Source of the DNA: Nitrospinales bacterium | GTDB lineage: Bacteria; Nitrospinota; Nitrospinia; Nitrospinales; VA-1 | Length of the DNA stretch: 64,000 nucleotides | Direction of reading: 5' to 3' | NCBI GenBank assembly: GCA_965223795.1 | Contig: CBDCXL010000002.1 | Location: forward strand, 416,001 to 480,000 | The notes under the pieces: model-generated | Databases searched by the model: none | Told to the model about the DNA's origin: nothing | What the model saw: the letters and a program-made list of their open reading frames with translations, nothing else | Made by a program: the position numbers and the translations under genes | In this document: positions 47,479 to 57,703 of the stretch, in pieces | How the letters are laid out: each line of letters begins with the position of its first letter | Position numbering within the stretch: the first letter of the stretch is position 1

Positions 47479-48726
47479 ATGGACCCCATGCAGGAGACGC
47501 AGACAGACGACATTGCACGCAGGACCTTTCACCGCGATCTGTGGCGCGGCGGGTTCGAGGGCGTGCTGGCGGCGGGATCGCAGACGTTCTGCCTGTTCAT
47601 CGCCATCCGCTATTTCGACGCCGGGGAAACCGTCAAGGCGCTGATCGCCGCCGGACCGTTCATGGGCATGTTTCTGTCGCTGCTATTGGTGCACTACGCC
47701 AGCGGCACAAAATCGAAAAAGGCCCTGTGGGGGGCGGCGCCTTCGGTGATGACCGGGCTCTGCCTGATCGCGGCGGCGTGGATGCCTTCGGTGGGCTGGT
47801 ACGCGCTGCTGGTGACGGTGGCGTACATCGGCCGCAGCGCGCTGCTGCCGTTTCTCACCGATATCTACGGCGACAACTACCCGCCGGACCGGCGCGGGCA
47901 TTTTTTCTCGCGCTCGATGGTGCTCACGGTGGGCATCTCGGTGGCGTTCGGCTACGCCGGTTCCTGGGTTCTCGAAATCGACATCGGGCATTACCGCTGG
48001 CTGTTCACGTTCCTGGGGCTGTGCGCGCTGGCGAAGGCCGTGGCCATCTACGGCATGCCGTCCAAAACCGTGGACGGCGGCGCATATGCAAATCCGTTCG
48101 GCAATTTGAAATACGTCTACAAGGACCGCTCGTTCGGCTACGTGCTGCTCACTTGGTTCATCATGGGGTTCGCCAACCTGTGGACGCTGCCGCTGCGCGT
48201 GGATTACGTGGCCTCGGCGGAGTACGGCATCGAGGGCTCGGCCCTGTTCGTGGCGCTGATCATCACGATCATCCCCGACACCATGCGCATGCTGTTCATC
48301 CCGTTCTGGGGGAAGCTGTTCGACCGCATGAACTTCGTGGTGCTTAGAATGTGGCTCAACGTGATGTTCGGCGCGGGCGTGGCGCTGTTTTTCATCAGCA
48401 AGAATCCCTGGATCATCGGGCTGGGTTCGGCGCTCATCGGCCTGACCTTCGCGGGCGGCAGCATCGCCTGGGCGCTGTGGGTGACCAAATACGCCCCTCC
48501 CGGCAAGACGGCGGCCTACATGTCGGTGCACGTCTGCCTGACCGGCGTGCGCGGCACGATCGGTCCTTTGGTCGGCTACTGGGCGGCCAGCAGGATCGGC
48601 ACCGTGCAGATCGGGCTGCTGTCCGCGGGCATGATGGTGCTGGCCAGCGTGATGCTGATCCCGGAACTCAAGCGCGGCCGCCGGCCGACGCAGACGCCGT
48701 CGCCGCAAACCGGGAAAATGCCCTGA
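47479..48726 (+). CDS. MFS transporter
   Basis: About 12 hydrophobic segments; YPPDRRG and WGKLFDR loop motifs. Confidence 0.85.
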   Translation: MDPMQETQTDDIARRTFHRDLWRGGFEGVLAAGSQTFCLFIAIRYFDAGETVKALIAAGPFMGMFLSLLLVHYASGTKSKKALWGAAPSVMTGLCLIAAAWMPSVGWYALLVTVAYIGRSALLPFLTDIYGDNYPPDRRGHFFSRSMVLTVGISVAFGYAGSWVLEIDIGHYRWLFTFLGLCALAKAVAIYGMPSKTVDGGAYANPFGNLKYVYKDRSFGYVLLTWFIMGFANLWTLPLRVDYVASAEYGIEGSALFVALIITIIPDTMRMLFIPFWGKLFDRMNFVVLRMWLNVMFGAGVALFFISKNPWIIGLGSALIGLTFAGGSIAWALWVTKYAPPGKTAAYMSVHVCLTGVRGTIGPLVGYWAASRIGTVQIGLLSAGMMVLASVMLIPELKRGRRPTQTPSPQTGKMP

Positions 48727-48823
48727 TTCAAGATAAAGGCACTCCCGCCTTGATCCTGCATTAGTATCTTGATATAAAATGTTTTTTTTCATTCAAGTCC
48801 AATTTTTGATGGGGGGGCGAACC

Positions 48824-49342
48824 TTGGCAAATCCGCTAGTGGGCATAGTGATGGGCAGCGATTCGGACTATCCGGTGATGGAAGAAGCCAGTAAAATTCT
48901 CAAACAGTTCGGGGTGGAGCACGAGGTGGAGGTGACGTCCGCGCACCGCTCTCCGGCACGGACCCGCAACTGGGTGCGCAAGGCCGAAAAAGGCGACGTC
49001 AAAATTTTGATCGCCGGGGCCGGCGCGGCGGCGCATCTGGCCGGGGTGCTGGCGGCGGAATCGACGCTGCCGGTCATCGGGGTGCCCATCGACTCGAGCC
49101 CGCTGCAGGGGCTGGACTCGCTCCTGTCCACGGTGCAGATGCCGGGCGGCGTTCCGGTGGCCTCGATGGGCATCGGCAAAGCCGGGGCGCGCAATGCCGG
49201 CCTTCTGGCGGTGCAGATCCTCGCTCTGGGAGACAGCAAGCTGAAATCCCGGCTGCAACAATATAAAAAATACCAGGCTAAAGAGGTGGAACTCAAAAGC
49301 CGCAAACTCAAGACCGCTCATGCCCGAAATACTAAAGATTGA
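48824..49342 (+). CDS. purE: N5-CAIR mutase
   Basis: MGSDSD, SAHRSP, AGAGAAAHLAG, VQMPGGVPVA. Confidence 0.97.
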   Translation: MANPLVGIVMGSDSDYPVMEEASKILKQFGVEHEVEVTSAHRSPARTRNWVRKAEKGDVKILIAGAGAAAHLAGVLAAESTLPVIGVPIDSSPLQGLDSLLSTVQMPGGVPVASMGIGKAGARNAGLLAVQILALGDSKLKSRLQQYKKYQAKEVELKSRKLKTAHARNTKD

Positions 49343-49985
49343 CGCGAACGACGACCCGGCCGTCCTGCGCTCCCACTGGGTGCGGATCAAACGGATTCTC
49401 AACCTGGGCGGCGTGATCGCGTACCCGACGGACACATTTTACGGCCTGGGGGTCAACCCGTTCAACGAACAGGCGGTGGCGCGGATCTTCAAGATCAAGA
49501 ACCGCCCGGAAGACAAGCCGCTGCTGCTTCTGGTGTCGTCCATCCATCAGGTGCCGCGCTTGGTGAGCGAGGTCAGCCCGACGGCGGCGACCCTGATCGA
49601 GAAGCTGTGGCCCGGCCCGACGACGCTTTTGCTCAAATCCGCCTCGCACCTGCCCAACAACCTGACGGCGCACACCGGCAAGATCGGCATCCGTCAGCCG
49701 GGAAACGACCTGACCTTAAAGCTGATCGAGGGGGTGGGCTTTCCGATCACGGGAACCAGCGCCAACATCAGCGGCGCGGACAACACAAAAAGCGCGCAGG
49801 AGGCGCTCGATTGCTTCGGCTCCAGCATCGACCTGATCGTCGACGGCGGCCCCGCTCCCGAAGGCGAACGGGAATCCACCATCCTGGACACCACCCTGTC
49901 GCCGCCGCTCATCATCCGCGAAGGGGTGGTCGGCAAATCCGAAATCGAATCCATCCTCGAGATGCCCTGCATTCTGGTGCCATGA
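49320..49985 (+). CDS. tsaC: L-threonylcarbamoyladenylate synthase (TsaC/YrdC)
   Basis: YPTDTFYGL, KNRPEDKPL, WPGP, TSANISG, STILD. Confidence 0.93.
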   Translation: MPEILKIDANDDPAVLRSHWVRIKRILNLGGVIAYPTDTFYGLGVNPFNEQAVARIFKIKNRPEDKPLLLLVSSIHQVPRLVSEVSPTAATLIEKLWPGPTTLLLKSASHLPNNLTAHTGKIGIRQPGNDLTLKLIEGVGFPITGTSANISGADNTKSAQEALDCFGSSIDLIVDGGPAPEGERESTILDTTLSPPLIIREGVVGKSEIESILEMPCILVP

Positions 49986-50007
49986 TGCGCGGGGCGGCGA
50001 GCCGGCC

Positions 50008-50385
50008 ATGATCTACGGCACCGGGGTGGACCTGATCGCCGTCGCCCGCATCGGCCGGTCGCTGGAAAAATACTCCCCCAAATTCGAAGCGCGGCTGTTC
50101 ACGGAGCTGGAAATCGGCTACTGCCGGTCGCAGGCGGACCCGGTTAAACATTTTGCGGCGCGGTTCGCGGTCAAGGAAGCGGTGATGAAATGCCTGGGGT
50201 CGGGCATGGAACAGGGCATCGGCTTTAAGGACATCGAGGTGGCCAACGAGGCGTCCGGCAAGCCCACGGCCCGGTTGAGCGGCCGGGCGAAGGAGCGGTT
50301 CGAGGCGCTGGGGCTTTGCGCGCTGCACGTTTCCATCTCTCACGACGACCATTACGCCGTCGCCCAGGCCATCGCCGAGAAATAG
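50008..50385 (+). CDS. acpS: Holo-ACP synthase
   Basis: GTGVDL, AARFAVKEA, GKP, HVSISHD. Confidence 0.96.
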   Translation: MIYGTGVDLIAVARIGRSLEKYSPKFEARLFTELEIGYCRSQADPVKHFAARFAVKEAVMKCLGSGMEQGIGFKDIEVANEASGKPTARLSGRAKERFEALGLCALHVSISHDDHYAVAQAIAEK

Positions 50386-50601
50386 CGCCGCCCCGTCGCG
50401 GGGACCGGATATGCCCGCAAACCTGTATCGCGCAGAACCCGCCGCGAACGGTTTTAAAACCCAAGTTGAGTGATAAGAAAAGCTCCCGGCGGGGATCACA
50501 ATCCAATCCATGGAGGGTGGTAAAGCGCTTCCTTTCGGAACGCCGGAAAACAATCCGCGCTTGCGGCCCTTCGAAACGTCAACATTCCTTCCTGAGAATC
50601 C

Positions 50602-51543
50602 ATGAAACCCGGATGGTTGAAACGATCGCGTTTCCTGCTGGAGCACTGGGCTGTGAGCCTGCTGTCGCTGGGCGTGCGCCCGCTTTCCGCGCAGGCGATT
50701 GTCCGTCTGGGCCGCTCAGCGGGCGGGCTGGCGTTTCGGATTTCCGGCCGGAGGGTGCGCACGGCGCTCACCAACCTGGACATCGCGTTCGGCGGCGAAA
50801 AATCCCGCGCGGAAAAACAGCGCATCGCCAAACGCGCGTTTCAGCATTTCTGCGTGGCGGCGCTGCAGTGCCTGTGGCTGCAGCACGACACCAAGCGGCG
50901 TGCGGCGGCGCTCATTGAAGGCGAACCGAAGGGACTGGATCTGATCGAACAGGGTCTCAAAGGCGGAAATGGCATTCTATTCCTCATCGCCCACTACGGC
51001 AACTGGGAAGTGCCGGGCATCCACAACGGCTTTCTGGGGATCTGCCCGCTCAATTTCATCGTGCGGCGGCTGGACAACCCGTATCTGGAAGAACGGGTGC
51101 GGCGGTTCCGGTCGGTGTCGGGCAACGGCATCTTCTACCGCGGCGAATCGCCGTTTCAGATCGTGCGGGCGCTCAAGAACAACGCCTGCGTCGCGGTGAT
51201 GATGGACCAGAACACGGCAAAGGACGCGATCTTCGTGGATTTTTTCGGCAAAAAGGCCGCGACGCCGCGGGCGATGGCGTCGTTGAGCCTCAAGCTCAAT
51301 ACCCCGATCCTGCCGATGTTTTCCCACCCCACGGAGAAGGGAACCTACCGCGTCGAAGTGGGCCCGTTTATCGAAACGGCGGCCACGGGCGACGCGCAGC
51401 AGGATGTGCTGGTGCGGACCCAGGCCTGTGAAGCGTTCATCGAATCGGTGATCCGCAAACAGCCGGAACCGTGGATGTGGTTTCACCGGCGCTGGAAAAC
51501 CCGCCCGCCTGAAGAATCCCCGAAAACGCTGTACCACGGCTGA
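50602..51543 (+). CDS. Lipid A biosynthesis acyltransferase (LpxL/HtrB family)
   Basis: HYGNWE, DQN, FVDFFG, PEPWMWFHRRWK. Confidence 0.92.
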   Translation: MKPGWLKRSRFLLEHWAVSLLSLGVRPLSAQAIVRLGRSAGGLAFRISGRRVRTALTNLDIAFGGEKSRAEKQRIAKRAFQHFCVAALQCLWLQHDTKRRAAALIEGEPKGLDLIEQGLKGGNGILFLIAHYGNWEVPGIHNGFLGICPLNFIVRRLDNPYLEERVRRFRSVSGNGIFYRGESPFQIVRALKNNACVAVMMDQNTAKDAIFVDFFGKKAATPRAMASLSLKLNTPILPMFSHPTEKGTYRVEVGPFIETAATGDAQQDVLVRTQACEAFIESVIRKQPEPWMWFHRRWKTRPPEESPKTLYHG

Positions 51544-51784
51544 ACCGCAGCCGAATCGGGGATTCCGCACGGTCTGAAGACCTCTCAAGGCCCCTGCCCC
51601 ACACCCCTCATGCACATTCTTTAAGGTATTGCCTTAGATAATTTGCACTTACCCTTCATTTTCAAGGTTCAAACACGTTTCGCGCAAATAGAATAAAATA
51701 TTTATTAACAATAATTTATAATATAATTTACAATAGAATAATTTGTAATTTAGCAAACTCTCCGGGCGAAAACCCGAACGCACC

Positions 51785-52792
51785 ATGCCGAAAAAGTTAC
51801 TGCTGGCCGAGGACACGACCCGGTCGTTTGAAAAATTCAAGAAAGTGCTGGTCAGGAACCAGTGGCAGGTGAGCGCCACGACGGACGGGGAAGAGGCGCT
51901 GGAACTGCTGCATCAATCTTCCTTCGACATCATGGTCAGCGACCTGAACCTGCGCACTCTGAACGGGATGTCGCTGATCAGCCGCGTGCAGCGGGAGCTG
52001 ACTTACAAGCCCCTGATCATCGCCATCACCGACCACGATTTTCCGGAGGTGCGCAAACGGGCATTCGAACACAAGGTGTTCGCGTTTTTGCCCAAGCCGC
52101 TCGACAAAAAAAAATTCGTGGAATGCCTGTACCGGGCGCTCAACTCCGAGCAACTGGTCGACCCGGAGCGGATGCAATCGCTGCCGGCTGCGGAAAACGC
52201 CAGACCGCCGTTCGTGGGCGTGTTCATCGCGGTGGGCACCGGCGGGCCGCAGACGCTGAAATCCCTGTTTCTCAACTGGACGCCGCCGCAAAACGCCGCC
52301 GTCTTCATCGTTCAGCACGGTCCCGAATGGGCCCTAGAAGCGCTTCCGCACCGGTTCATCAACAGCTTCAACATTCCCGCGGTTCTGGCGGAAGACGGCA
52401 TGCAGCCGAAACCCGGCAAGGTGTACATCGCTCCGGGCAGGCATCATCTCAGATTCGACACGCCGCAATGCAAGTTCAAGTTGACGGACGGCCTGCCGGA
52501 AAACTTCCTGCGCCCGTCGGCGGACCCGTTGTTCCGCTCGGCGGCGCAATCCTTCGGTCCCTTCGGCGTCGGCGTGGTGCTGTCGGGCCTGGGCAGCGAC
52601 GGCAGCGAGGGCGCCCGTCTCCTGGAAGAGCAGGAGAGCACGGTGCTGGTGCAGGACCCCAAAACCGCGATCGCTCCCTTGATGCCGCAGGCGGCGATCG
52701 ATTCTCTGCGCCGGCCGCAGAAAGTCGCGCTTGAAGAATTGAGCCTCCGCATCGAAGAAAGTGTGAACACACTGTCCAAGCAGTTATTGTGA
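51785..52792 (+). CDS. REC + CheB methylesterase-like protein (catalytic Ser absent)
   Basis: Receiver (AED, SDLNL, PKP); IAVGTGGP, VQHGP, RPSADPLF, LSGLGSDG, VQDP. Confidence 0.88.
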   Translation: MPKKLLLAEDTTRSFEKFKKVLVRNQWQVSATTDGEEALELLHQSSFDIMVSDLNLRTLNGMSLISRVQRELTYKPLIIAITDHDFPEVRKRAFEHKVFAFLPKPLDKKKFVECLYRALNSEQLVDPERMQSLPAAENARPPFVGVFIAVGTGGPQTLKSLFLNWTPPQNAAVFIVQHGPEWALEALPHRFINSFNIPAVLAEDGMQPKPGKVYIAPGRHHLRFDTPQCKFKLTDGLPENFLRPSADPLFRSAAQSFGPFGVGVVLSGLGSDGSEGARLLEEQESTVLVQDPKTAIAPLMPQAAIDSLRRPQKVALEELSLRIEESVNTLSKQLL

Positions 52793-52854
52793 ACTCTATT
52801 TCAATCTGAAATCCACGCGCTATCTATGCGACGCCGCGCAAACACAAACGTATC

Positions 52855-53718
52855 ATGCCGATCAATCTGACCGCGATCATTAAAGACCCCAAGGACCTGC
52901 CGTCGCTTCCGGCGGTGTTCAACAAGATCATGCGCTGCGCGCAGGATCCCGAGAGCACGCACAAGGAACTGGAAGCGACGATCCAGCACGATCCAGGCCT
53001 GACCACGCAGATTCTGAAAATCGCCAACAGCTCGTTTTACGGTTTTTCGCAGAAGGTCGAGACCTTGTCGCACGCGCTGGGGACCATCGGCACGGAGCAG
53101 TTGACCAACCTGATGGTGGGCATGATGGTGATCGAGCAGTTCAAGGGGATCCCGGAAAAGTTCGTCACCATGGAATCCTTCTGGGCGCACAGCATCGCCA
53201 GCGGCATCGCGGCCAAGGAAATCGCCGCGCTGATCCTGCCGGACAAGAAGGAGGAGCTGTATCTCGCCGGGATGCTGCACGACATCGGATCGCTGATTCT
53301 TTTCAAGCACCGGGCGGACCAGTCGCGGGACGCGCTGGAGTACTGCAACGAATGGGGAATGAAACTGTCCGACGCGGAGAGGATCGTTTTCGAATTCGAC
53401 CACGCGGAACTGGGGGCGCACCTGTTCGAATACTGGGATCTGCCGGAAATATTCGTGCACACGATCCGGCACCACCACGCCCCCAACAAGGCGCCCAGGC
53501 ACGCCGTCGAAACCGCCATCGTGCACCTGGCCGACTACATCACCATGAACAACTGCCTGGGAAGCAGCGGCGAGCACCAGTATCCCTACCTGAACCCGCA
53601 CGTCCTCAACAGGCTGAACCTGACGGAACGGTCGATGGCGGACGTGTCGGAAAAGACCATCGATTCCTTCGAGGAAATCTTCAACATCTTCTTCCTCAAG
53701 GAACCGGCGGCGGCCTAG
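52855..53718 (+). CDS. HDOD domain protein
   Basis: LPSLP, DPGLTTQILKIANS, FWAHS, GMLHDIG, DHAELG, IRHHH. Confidence 0.93.
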   Translation: MPINLTAIIKDPKDLPSLPAVFNKIMRCAQDPESTHKELEATIQHDPGLTTQILKIANSSFYGFSQKVETLSHALGTIGTEQLTNLMVGMMVIEQFKGIPEKFVTMESFWAHSIASGIAAKEIAALILPDKKEELYLAGMLHDIGSLILFKHRADQSRDALEYCNEWGMKLSDAERIVFEFDHAELGAHLFEYWDLPEIFVHTIRHHHAPNKAPRHAVETAIVHLADYITMNNCLGSSGEHQYPYLNPHVLNRLNLTERSMADVSEKTIDSFEEIFNIFFLKEPAAA

Positions 53719-53739
53719 ACCGCGCTGTCTTTTTTCCTG

Positions 53740-54327
53740 TCACACCCCTTCACGCCCCAGCGCGTGCATCTTATCCAGCCATTTTGCGTGGTTGCAGCCT
53801 TTCGCTGCGTCCACCATGCCGACCAGGCTTTCTTTGACGGGGCCGATGCCGGACAGTTTCAGGATGTTGCGCTCCAGGCTTTTGAGGCTGTGGGCGCCGA
53901 AATACCAGCGGTAAACGAACGCCGGCATGCCCATGGTGACGATCAGGCGGGCGGACCGCCCCTTGAGCAGTCCTTGCGGCATTTTGGATTCCGAAGCGGA
54001 ACCGAGCGCGAACCCGTAGCGGAACACCTGCTCGATGTACGCCTTGAGGAGAGCCGGCAGGGTGCCGTGCCAGAGCGGGTACAGGATCACCAGATGCCCG
54101 GCCCAGCGGATGGCATCCTGGCTCTCCTTTATGGAAGGCGGTACGGGGCCGTTTTCGAATTCTTCCTTGCTGCGCAGGATGGGAAAATCGAGACCGGCGA
54201 TGTGAACGCGCCGGACCTCATGCCCCACCTGCGCCGCCCCTTCGGCGTATTTATCCTCCAGGGCGTGGCAGAAGCGGTTTCCGGCGGGATCGGGATGGCC
54301 CTGAATGATGAGAATGCGCTTGCCCAC
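53740..54327 (-). CDS. Flavodoxin-like NAD(P)H-dependent oxidoreductase
   Basis: IIQGHP, YPLWHGTLPALLKAYIEQV, LLKGRSA. Confidence 0.9.
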   Translation of the reverse strand: MGKRILIIQGHPDPAGNRFCHALEDKYAEGAAQVGHEVRRVHIAGLDFPILRSKEEFENGPVPPSIKESQDAIRWAGHLVILYPLWHGTLPALLKAYIEQVFRYGFALGSASESKMPQGLLKGRSARLIVTMGMPAFVYRWYFGAHSLKSLERNILKLSGIGPVKESLVGMVDAAKGCNHAKWLDKMHALGREGV

Positions 54328-54474
54328 GGTTGCCTCCTCACAAACAGAATGGTTCTGTTTGAAGGAGCGGCTGTGGAACTCAGAACTCGAACCGTCCTGC
54401 TTGCATCTATAAAGATGAACGGATCGAAGCGATTATTCCCATGATCTCTCAGGAAGCAATGGGGAGTGCCCCCT

Positions 54475-55314
54475 TCAGGCGGCGCTTTTTTCGAAGTTCA
54501 TGACGCCCCAGGCCAGGTAGTCGTTGTTTCCGGCGTCTACCCAGTGCTTGAGGCCCTTGATCATCTTATCGATGTATTCCTTGCCGCACAGGGAAACCAT
54601 GTAGTCGTAGTTTCTCTCCGTTTCCTGCAGCACGCGGTCGTAATGGGTGGTCAGGTGTTCTGACAATTCGGTGATCTCCGCGCGCTTGAGGCCGAGCTTG
54701 CGGACGGTTTCCAGATAAAATCCGAACGATCCGAGGGAATCGAGATGGATGCGGTCCAGCACCGGCTTGAGAACGCCGTCCGGGCAGTCGTCGGTCTGCA
54801 TGAGGTCGGTGAAGATGAAGTTCCCTTCCTCGCGCAGAACGCGCCAGACTTCTTCGAGGACCCGTTCCCGGTCGGCGCTGTGAACAATGGCGTCCTGAGA
54901 CCAGACCACATCGAAGGAATTGTCGGGCAGGCAGATGTCTTCGAAATTGCCTTCGACCACGGTGATGAGGTGGTCGAGCCCCTGTTCGCGGTTGCTGGCT
55001 TCGTTTCTTGCATTCTGAGTGGAACTGAGATTGAGGCAGGTGACTTTGCAGCCGTAGGTTTTCGCTAAAAAGCGCGCGGCGCCGCCGTATCCGGATCCCA
55101 GATCGAGCACTTCTGTGGAGGGGTCGAGATCCAGTTGTGAGGCCATGATATTGACGATGCGTGGGCTTGCGAGTTTGATGGGTTCGTCTTTTTCATGGTA
55201 GATGCCCACGTGGATGTGCTCCCCACCCCAGATTTTGAAATAAAATCGATCGGCAGGCGAGCTGTTGTAATAATCCTGCGCCTTTTCGACTGCGTCACCG
55301 GTGGTTATTCTCAT
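54475..55314 (-). CDS. Sarcosine/dimethylglycine N-methyltransferase-like SAM methyltransferase
   Basis: YYNSSPADRFY..IWGGEHIHVG, LDLGSGYGGAAR, WSQDAIVH, GLKHWV...LAWG. Confidence 0.85.
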   Translation of the reverse strand: MRITTGDAVEKAQDYYNSSPADRFYFKIWGGEHIHVGIYHEKDEPIKLASPRIVNIMASQLDLDPSTEVLDLGSGYGGAARFLAKTYGCKVTCLNLSSTQNARNEASNREQGLDHLITVVEGNFEDICLPDNSFDVVWSQDAIVHSADRERVLEEVWRVLREEGNFIFTDLMQTDDCPDGVLKPVLDRIHLDSLGSFGFYLETVRKLGLKRAEITELSEHLTTHYDRVLQETERNYDYMVSLCGKEYIDKMIKGLKHWVDAGNNDYLAWGVMNFEKSAA

Positions 55315-55561
55315 AATGCCCCTCCTTAATTTTAAAAATTTCAGGATGGCATCCAGTCCCCCCTCAAAAAAAGGTTTTTTTATAGAGTTCCTTGTTACGA
55401 AACTATTAAAAAAGGAAAACTGAACACAAAATCACACAAACTAAATAATTAATTCGGATTTCTTAAATAAGATATGAATTCGAGGAAGTGTTATGATAAC
55501 AAAATTATAGATTATTGCAAGTTATGCCCGTTCTTTCTTTTTTCCCTCAGCCGATATAATT

Positions 55562-57082
55562 TTGCACGAAAAAATCAAAATCAGGCCTCTCGGTTTCTTC
55601 AAGCGCACGTCCCCGCCCGTTTTCCTGATATCCGCCTTGACCATGATTTTATTGATCCTGCTTTGTGTTTTTTTCACGGACACGGCGGAAAGGTTTTTCT
55701 CCGCATTGCAGAATCAAATCACCGATTCGTTCAGCTGGCTGTTCACGCTTGCCACGTTTTTTTTTCTGCTGTTCGCGTTGTTTCTCATATTCAGCCCGTT
55801 CGGGAAAATCCGTCTGGGCCTGGCGGACGACCGGCCTGAATTTTCGACGCTCTCCTGGTTTGCCATGCTGTTCAGCGCCGGGATGGGCATCGGCCTGGTG
55901 TTCTGGAGCGTCGCGGAGCCGATCCTGCATTACGTCGATCCGCCTTCGGGCGAGGGAAGCCCCGTTGCGGCGGCGCAGGAGGCGATGAAAATCACGTATT
56001 TTCACTGGGGGCTGCACGCCTGGGCGATCTTCATGGTGGTGGGTCTTTCGCTGGCATTTTTTTCTTTCCGCCGCGGACTGCCGTTTTCCCTGCGGTCGAC
56101 GTTTTATCCCATCCTGGGCGACCGGATCTACGGCCCCATCGGGCACGCGATCGATATTTTCGCGGTGGTAGGAACCATGTTCGGGGTGGCGACGTCGCTG
56201 GGGCTGGGCGCCATGCAGGTCAACTCCGGCCTGAACTTCGTCGCCGGAGTGGCGACCTCCATACCGGTGCAGCTTTTGCTGATCGCCGGGATCACGGCCA
56301 TCGCCACGGTTTCGGTGGTCCTGGGACTGCACAAGGGAATCAGCCGGCTGAGCAGCTTCAACCTGTTCCTGGCGGCCACGCTCATGCTGTTCGTTCTGGC
56401 CACGGGACCCACTGCATATATTTTCAACAATTTATGGGAAAGCACCGGGCATTATCTCGGCAGCCTGGCGCAGTTGAGCTACTGGAGCGAGTGGGAAACG
56501 GACCTGAAATGGAAATCGAGCTGGACGATTTTCTACTGGGCCTGGTGGGTGGCGTGGGCCCCGTTCGTCGGCACGTTCATCGCGCGCATTTCACGCGGGC
56601 GCACGATCCGCGAGCTTCTGGTGGCCGGTTTGATCGCACCGACGCTGGCGACGTTTTTCTGGTTGAGCGTGTTCGGCGGAACGGCGCTGCACCTGGAAAT
56701 TTTCCAGGGCGCGCCGATTGCCGAAGCGGTGTCGGCGGATGTCAGCACGGCTTTGTTCAAGACGCTGGGCAACCTGCCGTTCGCCATCGTGTCCGCCTGC
56801 CTCGCCACACTGGCGATCGTCACCTTTTTCGTCACCTCCTCGGATTCGGGCAGCCTGGTGATCGACATGATCACGGCGGGCGGCGACCCCGATCCGCCGG
56901 TCAATCAAAGGCTGTTCTGGGCGATCACGGAAGGGGCCATCGCCATGGTGCTGCTGGTAGCGGGAGGGTTGAAATCCCTGCAGACGGCGGCGATCGCTTC
57001 CGGGTTTCCGCTCGCCCTGCTGCTTCTGGCCATGTGCTTCGCGCTGCTCAAGGGGCTGCGCGAGGACACCAATAATTCCTGA
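55562..57082 (+). CDS. BCCT family (betaine/choline/carnitine) transporter
   Basis: WFAMLFSAGMGIGLVFW, HWGLHAW, WTIFYWAWWVAWAPFVG, TSSDSG. Confidence 0.95.
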   Translation: MHEKIKIRPLGFFKRTSPPVFLISALTMILLILLCVFFTDTAERFFSALQNQITDSFSWLFTLATFFFLLFALFLIFSPFGKIRLGLADDRPEFSTLSWFAMLFSAGMGIGLVFWSVAEPILHYVDPPSGEGSPVAAAQEAMKITYFHWGLHAWAIFMVVGLSLAFFSFRRGLPFSLRSTFYPILGDRIYGPIGHAIDIFAVVGTMFGVATSLGLGAMQVNSGLNFVAGVATSIPVQLLLIAGITAIATVSVVLGLHKGISRLSSFNLFLAATLMLFVLATGPTAYIFNNLWESTGHYLGSLAQLSYWSEWETDLKWKSSWTIFYWAWWVAWAPFVGTFIARISRGRTIRELLVAGLIAPTLATFFWLSVFGGTALHLEIFQGAPIAEAVSADVSTALFKTLGNLPFAIVSACLATLAIVTFFVTSSDSGSLVIDMITAGGDPDPPVNQRLFWAITEGAIAMVLLVAGGLKSLQTAAIASGFPLALLLLAMCFALLKGLREDTNNS

Positions 57083-57088
57083 CGCCCG

Positions 57089-57607
57089 CTATTTTTTCTC
57101 CGGCACCTCCGCGCCGATCGCCTTGAGTCCGGCGCTGGCGCAGGCTTCGTCGAGATGCCCGCCCGGTGCGCCGCCGACGCCGATGCCGCCGACCACGTCG
57201 CTGCCGAACTTCACGGGAAACCCGCCCGCCAGAAGCAGGATGTCCTCGTTCATTTTACCGAGCGCCTGAATGTTCGGCATTTTTACCACCAATTCGGCGA
57301 AATGACCGGTGGCCCGCTTGAGGCTGTTGGAGGTGTAGGCTTTCTTGAAGCTGCTGTCCGGAGTGTGCGGCCCGGCGCCGTCGCTGCGCACCAGCGCCTT
57401 GATCACACCGCCGGAATCGACCACGGCGACGCTGACTTTATAGCCGTCGGACTCGCATTGGACGCGCGCCGCATCGGCGGCTTTCTGGGCCAGCACGATC
57501 GGCAGCATTTTCTGGGACGGCAGGTCGGCGGCGTGCGCCCAGTGCGGCAGCGCGGCCAACATGGCAAGAACGGGCAGTGACCTTATAACAGAACGTGTCG
57601 CGAACAT
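57089..57607 (-). CDS. GlcG/HbpS family heme-binding protein, exported
   Basis: Signal peptide; VAVVDSGG, DGAGPHT, KKAYTS, GGIGVGGAPGG..DE. Confidence 0.9.
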   Translation of the reverse strand: MFATRSVIRSLPVLAMLAALPHWAHAADLPSQKMLPIVLAQKAADAARVQCESDGYKVSVAVVDSGGVIKALVRSDGAGPHTPDSSFKKAYTSNSLKRATGHFAELVVKMPNIQALGKMNEDILLLAGGFPVKFGSDVVGGIGVGGAPGGHLDEACASAGLKAIGAEVPEKK

Positions 57608-57703
57608 GGAGCTGTCCTTTCCATAAGAAATGAGTGAGGTTGATGGACTATCAGCCTAGCACGTTTTGCAGGGGAAAGACCGGTCAATCGGAGGAAAGCG
57701 GGT

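Noticed and set aside
55527..55560. Sigma-28 promoter (GCCGATAT) upstream of the BCCT gene
   Set aside because: No TAAA-type -35 element at the correct spacing
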